DNA of 64,000 nt, from positions 119,313 to 183,312 of IMG/VR virus record IMGVR_UViG_3300028588_000016; one strand, 5' to 3'. The number at the start of each line of letters is the position of its first letter. Position 1 is the stretch's first letter. The position numbers were made by a program, and so were the translations under genes. Positions 18,821 to 27,715 of this stretch are shown piece after piece. The notes under the pieces are model-generated. The model did not search any database and was not told the DNA's origin. It saw nothing but the letters and a program-made list of their open reading frames with translations. The stretch comes from a virus.

Positions 18821-18857
18821 TTATTCGTATATTTGTATGATGCAAATATACAAAATA
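18821..18857. promoter_or_regulatory. Back-to-back palindromic sigma-A -7 boxes (divergent promoter)
   Basis: TATATTTG on + (18828-18835) and on - (18843-18850), within an imperfect inverted repeat. Confidence 0.65.
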
Positions 18858-18873
18858 AATCACAATATATGAC

Positions 18874-20583
18874 ATGTCAGAAAGACAAATAATTAAAGCG
18901 CAACAGGGAGGATCCTTACGAGACTTTATAGGTCGGTATAAGTTTCAACGTCCTACTGCACAAGCATCTTCTACTGCTGTAGCTCCCAAAGTATCGTTGA
19001 CTAAAAAGCAAGCAGAAGAAAATAGAGATAAAGTTGCGTACAATAATTACGTTGCACAACAGAAAGAAAGAGATAGAGTGCAAGCACTAAAGCAGAAAGG
19101 TCAAACAGACGGAGGTAATTTAGCAAGCGATATAGGTACTAGTTTACTTAAACAAGTAACTGAATTTAGATTTGCTAACGATCAAGACTTTGAAAAAGGT
19201 AGAGGGAGTTGGAAAGGTAGACAAGAACTTTTAGTAGACGGAGCAATTAATGGTATGGCTAATGAAATGACAGGTGGTGCTATGAATTACGTAGGTAGTA
19301 AAATAGCATCGGGAGCAGCTAAGCAAGTAATAGGTAAAACTGTAGACTTAGCAAAGAAGGCTGTAAATAATGCTCACGTATTAAACCCTAATGCTTTCAA
19401 ACCTAATCCTAATAGTTACTATAGAATTGTAGGAACTGATGCTACCGAAGACGCTCTTGCTAATGGAGTAATTAGAAGTAAAGCAGGTGCAGGAGTCGTA
19501 TCTGAAAAAGTAGGAGGTATTAATTTAGGTAGTAGACCTACAGCTTACCCTTCATTTAGTAAAGGTAAAGTTAGTACTGAATATGCCAAAGGTTTACCAG
19601 AACATTCTTTAATAGAAACCCAAAGACCTATGGCAGCTAGTACAGTAGGAAGGCACGGTAAAGGTACTACTCAATTTCCTGTAGATGAAGCTGGTAACTA
19701 TATGAAAGAGTTTCCTTTAAGTGAAGCTAAGATTATGCAACCACATTGGTGGAAAGGTTATAAAGAAGTACCTCAAATAGCTGCTATGGCAGACGAAGTT
19801 GTTGCTCCTAAGATAGGTATGGGTGAGAGGATAAAGAATTCTTTATACGATAACGTAGTTTATCCTGTTAAACATGCTAGAAGTATTTACGGACTCAAAG
19901 GTAAGATTAATAGTCGTATAGCCGAAATGAATACTCCAGAAGGTATAGCTAGACTTGAAGCACAACATATTAACAGTAAAGAGTTCTTTGATAAACCAGT
20001 TAAAGTAACCAGTAAACCTACTGAGAAAGGTTCATCTTATAATTTTGATAACGATACAATTAATATAGACTTCGATCAAATGAACAGATTTAAAACAACT
20101 GAGCCTACTCTTAATTTAAGCGCAACAATAGATCATGAACTAGCACACAGAACTCAAGGATTCGGTAAGACTAATTCAGTAACGAATTACGTAAAAGGTG
20201 AATATGGTAAAGAGGCTCCTACAGAAGTTCAACGTATACTAACTCCATTGGATCTAAATTCACGTAGGATGTTACGTCACGATATTAAAACCAGTAGAGG
20301 TCATGATAATGCTGATTACTTTTATAGCAATAAACCAGAACCTATGCCTCACTTAGCAGAGTCTAGAAGGAACATGATAGATCAGAAAATCTTAAACAAT
20401 AGATATGATGAGATTACAGTAGATAAGTTGTATGAATATCAAAAAGCTAATCCTACAGATCGTATAGGTAGTTTTATGACTAAAGACTTTTCTAACTATG
20501 ATGTTTTACAAAGTTTAATGAATAAGCTTCCGGCTGTTGCACCTATAGTAGGAGCTGCAGTTATTGCAAATAAAAACAAATAA
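18874..20583 (+). CDS. Multidomain putative virion-cargo/effector protein (QQGG N-terminus, possible ART-like domain, HExxH zincin motif)
   Basis: 569 aa, opposite strand to its neighbours. Motifs KAQQGG; YYR...PSFS...LIE; IDHELAH. Confidence 0.6.
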   Translation: MSERQIIKAQQGGSLRDFIGRYKFQRPTAQASSTAVAPKVSLTKKQAEENRDKVAYNNYVAQQKERDRVQALKQKGQTDGGNLASDIGTSLLKQVTEFRFANDQDFEKGRGSWKGRQELLVDGAINGMANEMTGGAMNYVGSKIASGAAKQVIGKTVDLAKKAVNNAHVLNPNAFKPNPNSYYRIVGTDATEDALANGVIRSKAGAGVVSEKVGGINLGSRPTAYPSFSKGKVSTEYAKGLPEHSLIETQRPMAASTVGRHGKGTTQFPVDEAGNYMKEFPLSEAKIMQPHWWKGYKEVPQIAAMADEVVAPKIGMGERIKNSLYDNVVYPVKHARSIYGLKGKINSRIAEMNTPEGIARLEAQHINSKEFFDKPVKVTSKPTEKGSSYNFDNDTINIDFDQMNRFKTTEPTLNLSATIDHELAHRTQGFGKTNSVTNYVKGEYGKEAPTEVQRILTPLDLNSRRMLRHDIKTSRGHDNADYFYSNKPEPMPHLAESRRNMIDQKILNNRYDEITVDKLYEYQKANPTDRIGSFMTKDFSNYDVLQSLMNKLPAVAPIVGAAVIANKNK

Positions 20584-20584
20584 G

Positions 20585-20626
20585 AAAAGCCCAGCTACTT
20601 GATTGTAGACTGGGCTTTAATTTTTT
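20585..20626. terminator. Bidirectional terminator between convergent genes
   Basis: AAAGCCCAG-CTAC...GTAG-A-CTGGGCTTT flanked by A- and T-runs. Confidence 0.75.
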
Positions 20627-21287
20627 AATCGTCTTCTTTCTTTCCTATGATATGAATAAACTTTTGTTTGTTTACTTTCATTAATGGATTACTATTTATA
20701 ACTTCTGCTTTAACAACAGTCGTTTTTTCCTTTTGTTGGAACCAACGTTTTAAGAAGAAGTCGTATCTTCTAGGTATAAAGGTCTTTATAGTAGAATCAC
20801 TGAATAATAGATATTGTGTATTATAAAATTCTATATCAGATGATATACGATAAGGTGATAAAGTGATAACGTTCTTAATATCCTTGTTAGATAAATCAAC
20901 TACTGTATCAGGTAGCTTAGTTTGTATTTCTTTAGTAAGTTGTGTAGTAACAGCAGTAGTAACGTAACTAGCTTGTCTTAACTTACGAATGTCATAGTTC
21001 TGTTCTTTTATAATCTTAATCAATTCAAGAGTTTGAGAATCAGCTTCTAATTTAAAATCAGTTAAGTTCTGATTAAACATTATAGTCTTAGCGTGTTCCT
21101 GTCCGTAACGATCTTCCCATTTCTTCATTTCTGTTTTAGCAGCAACCTCGTTATTTTTAGTAATGGCGTAAGCTATCTTTGTATTAGCAAGTTCGGTTCT
21201 TGTAATCCATAACATTGCTAGTAATGCACCTATGATAATTATAACGTAAGTCCATGAACTCTTTAATAAACTAGCAATCAAATTCAT
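20625..21287 (-). CDS. Membrane-anchored coiled-coil protein; spanin-like lysis candidate
   Basis: N-terminal TM (WTYVIIIIGALLAMLWI) followed by a coiled coil. Confidence 0.5.
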   Translation of the reverse strand: MNLIASLLKSSWTYVIIIIGALLAMLWITRTELANTKIAYAITKNNEVAAKTEMKKWEDRYGQEHAKTIMFNQNLTDFKLEADSQTLELIKIIKEQNYDIRKLRQASYVTTAVTTQLTKEIQTKLPDTVVDLSNKDIKNVITLSPYRISSDIEFYNTQYLLFSDSTIKTFIPRRYDFFLKRWFQQKEKTTVVKAEVINSNPLMKVNKQKFIHIIGKKEDD

Positions 21288-21415
21288 CTAACCAAGCGTT
21301 ATCAATTACCATCCTACCATCTGCTTTAAATGTAAACGAACCTACCTTTGTGGGATAAGGAATCGTAGCTGTAACCTTACTCTTATTGTAATTAGGTGCA
21401 CGCTTTGTTTTTGTT

Positions 21416-21928
21416 TTACTCTCCTTCTTCATTATTTACTTTGTTAATATTAATTCCATATACCCCATTAGCTACTACAAACATTACCTCACTCTTAACT
21501 AACTTGTTAATCATAGGTTGTATATTTTTAGCAGCTGTCTTTATTGCCTTTGCCCATTTACTAATAAAATACTTAGTAATAGGAAAGCTTCTAGGTTCCT
21601 TTACGGTTTCAAGTAAATGCTCAATTAAAGCATCCTCTTTACCTTTCTGTTTTGCTCTTACCGAGACTTCATCCTCCACCCAATGTTTATACTTCTCTCT
21701 AATGTATTCTATTTGATACCTAACATAATCATCAATATAAAACCATTCGAGTCTGTAATGATAATCTTTTAATTCCCTATGTATCTCTTTCTCTAACTTC
21801 TCATCTCCCTCAATAACATATAAAAGATGGAAGTCTGGGTTATGTGTAGCATACTGTTTCATACGATTAGTAATGTTACTTGTATAACCTACTTTTAAAT
21901 AGTTATTGCTTTCTATGAAGTATATCAT
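21416..21928 (-). CDS. GIY-YIG (T5orf172/MUG113-like) endonuclease with C-terminal HTH-like region
   Basis: MIYFI...LKVGYTSN...RMKQY...LEKEIH...EWF. Confidence 0.75.
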   Translation of the reverse strand: MIYFIESNNYLKVGYTSNITNRMKQYATHNPDFHLLYVIEGDEKLEKEIHRELKDYHYRLEWFYIDDYVRYQIEYIREKYKHWVEDEVSVRAKQKGKEDALIEHLLETVKEPRSFPITKYFISKWAKAIKTAAKNIQPMINKLVKSEVMFVVANGVYGININKVNNEEGE

Positions 21929-23498
21929 TATTGATTAATTTTATCTTTAAATACTTCCAAGGCATACCGCATTAAGTCAAACGGTATTCTAGATAAAAAT
22001 CTTTGCCTACGTGCTTCACAGTTATCGCAACCATCTATTTTAATTTTATCAAATGTAGATACTGTAATATTATCATTGAAGCCGTTCCAACCTATATAAT
22101 AACGCTTGTCTTTATAAATTACGGTGTGAGTCTGATAAGGATGCTCACTTGTAGATCTGGAACTATTTATTTCTACTAGTTCTATATCATTCTTCGAAGC
22201 TTCCATATTCTACTTTAGTATTAGGATTCTCATTTAGTATTGGTTTATTATCTTCAATCTTTAGCCAGCCTTGTGATATAAAGAATTCATAGATAGACTT
22301 TTGTTTTTCAAAGTAGTCTATATCTTCTTGTGTTAAAGCAAACATTATTTTTCTAAGTCTTTATTAAGTGCTACTATTAACTCAATAGGCACACTCTCTA
22401 GTACCATTCTATACTGTGGATCTATAAACGTAAATGAATTATTATGTTCATTATGTCTTACAACAATAGCTCTATTGTGATCTGGCCAACATACATAGTA
22501 ATAACATTTAACAAACTCATCATCTTGGAATTCAGTTAACTTTCTGTATTCTATTTTACGATCAAATAACTTATCAGATATACTTTCTATAGGTTCTGGA
22601 AATGAATCCTCTTCCACTTCTCTAAATAGATCGGCAATAGTATTAGGCTTTTCTAAACGTCTAGATTGTCTCTCTCTTAATTCTCTATGCATATCTGCTA
22701 TTCCTTTACCTATATCTGTTTGTTCTTGAAGTGGGTTCTTAATAAACTGTATACCCTGCTTGATATAATGATCCTTTTGGGATTCTGTGAAGTTCATTCT
22801 TTAATTGTTGTTTAAGTGACGGTGTCATTAGTATATGATTATCTGTTTCTATTTCTGATTCCATGAAAGCGATACCTTTATTGTATGCAGCTAACTCTTC
22901 TTCTATTTGCTTTTTACTTTTTCGTGGCATGTTTTATCTCCTTCAAATAAAGCGAGAGGTCTTCTGTGTACTAGTTCCTCTAATAATATAACAGGTATCT
23001 TAGATGTACGTTTATAATATAATACAGTATTAGTATCAAAATCATAATCTTGTATAAAGAATATATACTCTCCACGCATATCGTGATTAAACATAGCATA
23101 TCTGCTATGACCATATGTAGTTGTATTCTCATACACTGTATAGACAGGAGCGTAGAATTCTATTCGATCTCCTGTAGGTTTAAAGAATTCGTTAGTCTGT
23201 ACATGGCATATTCCGTTGTTTGCTATTTTCATTAGTACTTATCTATATTAGCTAAACAAGTATCTAGATCTTCTGTAATTTGTTTCAATAGTTCATGAGG
23301 AATTTCAAATAAAGAACATGGTGTCATATGTAAATGTAGAGAATTGGTGATTGTGTAGAATATAGTAACCATTCCTCTTTCATTTCTATATGTACTATAA
23401 GTTATTCCCTTGTGTTCATCTTGTCCTATGTGTGCCATCCTTACGAACTTACCATATTCGTTTTGTCCGCTTCCTTGATTTAATAGTTTGAATTTCAT
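21928..23498 (-). other. Run of small hypothetical ORFs (21928-22206, 22345-22797, 22739-22930, 22903-23232, 23232-23498)
   Basis: Co-oriented, tightly packed ORFs at the start of the left arm. Confidence 0.55.
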
Positions 23499-23531
23499 TT
23501 ATCGTTTGTCTTATTAGTTCATTTAATAATA

Positions 23532-23539
23532 CAAAGATA
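23532..23539 (-). promoter_or_regulatory. sigma-A -7 box (TATCTTTG) heading the left arm
   Basis: TAnnTTTG about 33 nt upstream of the first minus-strand ORF. Confidence 0.6.
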
Positions 23540-23733
23540 CTAATTAAATGTTAAAGGAAAGTCATAGATAGGTTAAAGTCGAAAATAGCCCCTACCCCTT
23601 TCTGAAACCCACCCCCCGGCCTTTTCTATATGGGTTTCCCTAATATAAAATAGTTGGCTGTGTGTTGAGCGTGAAGGTTATATCATTTCATACCCCCGCC
23701 TTTTTCTAGTGTAAAACATAAAATAAATTCATT

Positions 23734-24336
23734 ATGAAAAACTTTCAAGAATTATTAGCCGCTGGAACTATCAGCGAAGAATCTGCAGCTACTCTAGGAG
23801 CAGGCATCAAGATTAACAAAAATGCTAAACTTAAAGACTTCAATGCCGTTAACACTGGTAATGTGACTTCTACTTTCAAAGTTGGCGACACTTTCAAAAT
23901 TGTTGGCATTGGTATTGCTGACGGTAAAGTTGCTGGCGCGACTCGTACTAACATGCCAGTGTTTGAGATTGAAGACTTAGCAGGTGCTAAACGTACCGTA
24001 TTTGCTTCAAGCCTTATCCGTTCTACTCCTACGTCTAACAACGAGGCTAACGGAAACGTATACGACGGCGATGATGCTCCTACCTCAGAGAAAGGTACAG
24101 CTTTATTGCAATTCGATCGTGGTATTTTGCAAGATGCCGTTGGCGCATTCCCTGCATTGGTTGACAAATTAATGGAGGCCGGCGAATATATCCGTATTGA
24201 GGATATCATCCGTTATACTTCTAACATTAAATTGCAATCGGATCAACCTAACGGTAAAGCAGGAGACACGGTGCAAGCGCGCAATGTTGCTTATCGCTTA
24301 GTTGGTCTTAAAGACAAGGCAGAGGCAAAAGCATAA
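23734..24336 (+). CDS. Hypothetical protein, first gene of the right arm, with strong codon bias
   Basis: 200 aa, RNY-like codon usage that also creates an antisense ORF; has its own terminator. Confidence 0.75.
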   Translation: MKNFQELLAAGTISEESAATLGAGIKINKNAKLKDFNAVNTGNVTSTFKVGDTFKIVGIGIADGKVAGATRTNMPVFEIEDLAGAKRTVFASSLIRSTPTSNNEANGNVYDGDDAPTSEKGTALLQFDRGILQDAVGAFPALVDKLMEAGEYIRIEDIIRYTSNIKLQSDQPNGKAGDTVQARNVAYRLVGLKDKAEAKA

Positions 24337-24340
24337 ACAT

Positions 24341-24373
24341 AAATAAGGGGCACTAACGTGTCCCTTATTTTTT
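24341..24373 (+). terminator. Rho-independent terminator
   Basis: ATAAGGGGCAC-TAAC-GTGTCCCTTAT followed by a T-run. Confidence 0.8.
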
Positions 24374-24800
24374 GTGTTTTAAGCGTAGCTTTCAGCTATC
24401 AGCTCACGTAACACATTCAAGATTGCGTAGCTTAAGAAATTAAATACTTTAATTAGTATTAAACAAATACCAACATCTCATTGGAGATTTAAACAACTTA
24501 CACTGTCGCTCTGTGGGGTGTTGTTATTTGTTATCCTTCGGGAAATGGCTCAAAGTGCAGCCATTGTAAGTACATGCTCACTTTATATGAGAATGTATAA
24601 GTTAGTGTATTAGTATATTATTGTATTAAGTATATAATAAAGTATTAATAAGAATAAAAAATACACTTAATTAGTTAGAGTAAGAAATTCCTAGCTGATT
24701 AAATGAAAATAAATTTAGAGTTTGTATGATAATGTAGAAGAGTTGGAAAGTTTTTAATGTGTTATGTGATAACAAGGCTGCGCCTACAACACAACCCAAC

Positions 24801-24820
24801 AATCTCACCAAATCTCACCA
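24801..24820 (+). repeat. Tandem 10-bp direct repeat AATCTCACCA x2
   Basis: Read directly from the sequence, within a C/A-skewed non-coding stretch. Confidence 0.9.
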
Positions 24821-24989
24821 CTTTCTCAAAACCCAACATACAACTCACTCATATAGACCAATTCGACAAATCTTCTCACAATTTTCAAGATTTCTCATAT
24901 TTGGTATATAAGATCATCCACAACGCAATAAGTAATAGTAGCAATATTCTACTATCAAAACATATAAAAACCCATTAAACCCTACAACA

Positions 24990-25469
24990 ATGAAGAAAAT
25001 AGCAACCATTTCTAACAACCCATTAGAAGCTAACAACGCCATTAAAGTCCTATCTGTAAAACAATACAGTAAAACTTACAGTAAACAACGTAAAAGTGAA
25101 GTTAAATCACTTAATCGTGCCAATCTCACTGTGTCAAGCACACTTAATCAGAAAGAACGTAAATTTGCAATTATGTATCCATCAGCTTCGTCTGGTATAT
25201 CTGTAAATCCTATTTACAATCTATCTATTAAAGAGATAAGAAAACAAGGTTTAACATACACCAATGTCACAACAATCACTGCTAAACATTTAATGCAGAT
25301 AGTAAATGAAGAATACGTATTCAAACAATTAGGTCTAAGACGTATTTACAATGGTGATGTTATTATAGACCTTAAAGAAGAAATTATCTACAAAGTCACC
25401 CCAAATGGTTTTGATAAGATTGCATTCAACGATTTCTGGCCATTAGTGGCAGTTAAAGCTGAAGCATAA
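24990..25469 (+). CDS. Hypothetical protein
   Basis: 159 aa ORF. Confidence 0.65.
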   Translation: MKKIATISNNPLEANNAIKVLSVKQYSKTYSKQRKSEVKSLNRANLTVSSTLNQKERKFAIMYPSASSGISVNPIYNLSIKEIRKQGLTYTNVTTITAKHLMQIVNEEYVFKQLGLRRIYNGDVIIDLKEEIIYKVTPNGFDKIAFNDFWPLVAVKAEA

Positions 25470-26035
25470 GAGTCTGCACTTGATAGGTCAGGTTTATTAA
25501 TTACAGTAATTTTGGGACAGTTAACCAAGCCACATCGCGTGACTTGGTTTTCTTTATTAAACAAACTCAACCAGGAGAGTATAAAATAGTTTGTGATCAG
25601 ACTGGACGAAACATATATTTATGTCAAACTGTAAAACAATATTTAAAATGGTAATGATTCAAGGAGTTCTTATGTCTTTAGAAGACGCGAGAGAGTACGA
25701 TTTCAATTAAACATTTATTAACCCACACAGTTAGAGTAACAGGTTATGCTGACTCTAACTTTAAAATTATTTTAACATGACATACCAAGAAAGAATTGAT
25801 CTAGCTATATCAAAAGTAATAATGTATCAAGCAGATTCAAACTGCATTAGAGTGTTACACAGAACTGAAAGAGGTTTTAATGTAATCACCTTTAGTTATT
25901 CTTGGTGTAACATGGAACTACTAAGAGATGCAAGAAAAGTAAACATAGATGTAAACTTATATACATTCAAACAATATTTAAACAATCTGTTAACACCTGT
26001 ACTATTGTTGGCAGCTTAATCTAAAACCCAACCCA

Positions 26036-26341
26036 ATGAAAAGATTTATCTTATTACTAGTTGTAGCTATGGTAGCTACACTAGCTTCGTGTTCTAAAGA
26101 GTCTGAACCAACAACAGACGATGTTCAAATCGATCAGTCTCAATTAAAGACTCAGATCATCATGAAAGTGAGAGACGCAGGAACAAACTTCAAAAATTAC
26201 ATCTTAGTAGACAGCGTAACTAATATCTATGAATCAGGTGATTCAGTGATGTTTGACGTTAGAACACATAAGACGATATACGGAACTGAATTAGCAGACG
26301 TAAATCCAGATGATGTTGCTGTAGGTGTAATAGAGTATTAA
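26036..26341 (+). CDS. Predicted lipoprotein
   Basis: MKRFILLLVVAMVATLASC lipobox. Confidence 0.65.
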   Translation: MKRFILLLVVAMVATLASCSKESEPTTDDVQIDQSQLKTQIIMKVRDAGTNFKNYILVDSVTNIYESGDSVMFDVRTHKTIYGTELADVNPDDVAVGVIEY

Positions 26342-26548
26342 CCATTAAACAATGTAAGTGGATCCAACTACTTGCATTGTTTAATAAATTCATTCACAAT
26401 GAGAAGAGCAAGACGTATTGGTGATGCACCAATTGACCATAAGAGAGAATTATCTAAGATAGAGATGCAATTAGACGCATTGAGCTTAGTTCGTACACAA
26501 CTTAGAGCTAACTTCCAACGTCAGATGCGTGAGCAAGACAAGATTTAA

Positions 26549-26911
26549 ATGGAGATCTTTAAGACTGCAATGAAGAGTTATACACCTGATACGTGGATAT
26601 CTGATATTGTAGGATTAACAGGTATTGCCAAGACTACGATCTCTAAATTAGTTAAAGGTCACAAGATCTCTGACTTACATTTACTAGAACGTGATGAACT
26701 TGCAAACTATCGTAATCTATCTGATAGAAACGTAGAGATTCTTCTAGCTTTAGAAGCTAAAGGTCTATGTAAATACATGGAAAGTAAACTAAAAGAAAAC
26801 CCTGTTCCAATTATTCACAACGAAGTTAAAGGTTATTTCGATACTCCTGAATGGCAACAAGTATTTGCTAATCAAAGGGAAAGAGAAAGACTAAGAGCAG
26901 AAAATAAATAG
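26549..26911 (+). CDS. Putative HTH DNA-binding protein
   Basis: ISDIVGLTGIAKTTISKLVKG has an XRE-like helix-turn-helix pattern. Confidence 0.5.
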   Translation: MEIFKTAMKSYTPDTWISDIVGLTGIAKTTISKLVKGHKISDLHLLERDELANYRNLSDRNVEILLALEAKGLCKYMESKLKENPVPIIHNEVKGYFDTPEWQQVFANQRERERLRAENK

Positions 26912-26914
26912 CGC

Positions 26915-27690
26915 ATAATCTATCACGATTAGGTCTATTAATAACCGGTTGCGTTGCTGCCATGCCTTTCGTCGCTGTACGTCTGTTAGCGACCGGTTAT
27001 TAATAGGTTTAGGCCCTCAGAGGCGCTCAAGCTAGGCATAGCCCCAAAATCCATTACATGATGTGATCCCATAAAGACACATCGGCTGTCAAACAATCCT
27101 TAGTACTGCAAATATATGCCAGAGGATATGTAATGAGTATGATCGCAAATCATACAGAACCCACAAAGGCCTATCGAAGTCGAACAGATAGGATTGCACC
27201 GACACAAAACTCTATGACAAGAGTTGACGACCAACATATGACGTTGAAAATAACCGGATCACACGTAGTCTATTACGTGCCACAACCACACTCAAACGAA
27301 CAGCCCGTAAAAAGCCGAAAGGCATGTGGGGCTGTCACGGTAGAAGTCCGGTATTAATAACTAGGAGTAGTCGCCAATTAAGGTTGAGCTTATCTAGCCG
27401 TGGAAGTCGGTTTATCATGGAAAGGTAACGTGGCCGCCTTTAATGTGCCCAATTCGAATACAACTTGCGTGGTTAATGCACAGCAAGACGCAGGCGTATT
27501 CGGATACATTTAACCACACCGAAGAACCCTGAGCAAGTTCTGTATTTCAGCCGTCTGAAGTATTAAGTCTCAATTACAACACTAACAGTGCAAACCATTA
27601 CGAATTAACTTCGTTAGGTTGGTCTATTTAAACAGGAAGTATAGAGTCGTTGACCGGCTTCCTGTTTACTTAGGTTTAGGTCTATAAGAT
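26915..27690 (+). ncRNA. Candidate large structured ncRNA (~750 nt), family unassigned
   Basis: Interval is visibly more GC-rich than its flanks and has many hairpins (18-bp 26935-26952/26989-27006; 27052-59/27128-35; 27137-55; 27170-92; GCC-GAAA-GGC 27314-23; 27629-39/27658-68). Confidence 0.55.
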
Positions 27691-27715
27691 GCTCAAACTG
27701 TAAAACCCATTAAAG

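Noticed and set aside
23745-24209. 154-aa antisense ORF
   Set aside because: It is a shadow of the strongly codon-biased 23734-24336 gene; similar shadows occur at 45165-46486, 48344-49592 and 62683-63277.
27133-27357. 74-aa ORF inside the large structured interval
   Set aside because: It lies wholly within the hairpin-dense region and has no recognisable protein features. It is better explained as part of an ncRNA, though not formally excluded.
27150-27360. RNase P RNA suggested by ACAGAACCC and AAGTCCG fragments
   Set aside because: The fragments are in the wrong order and the GAGGAAAGTCC / CGGCTTA P4 signature is absent.
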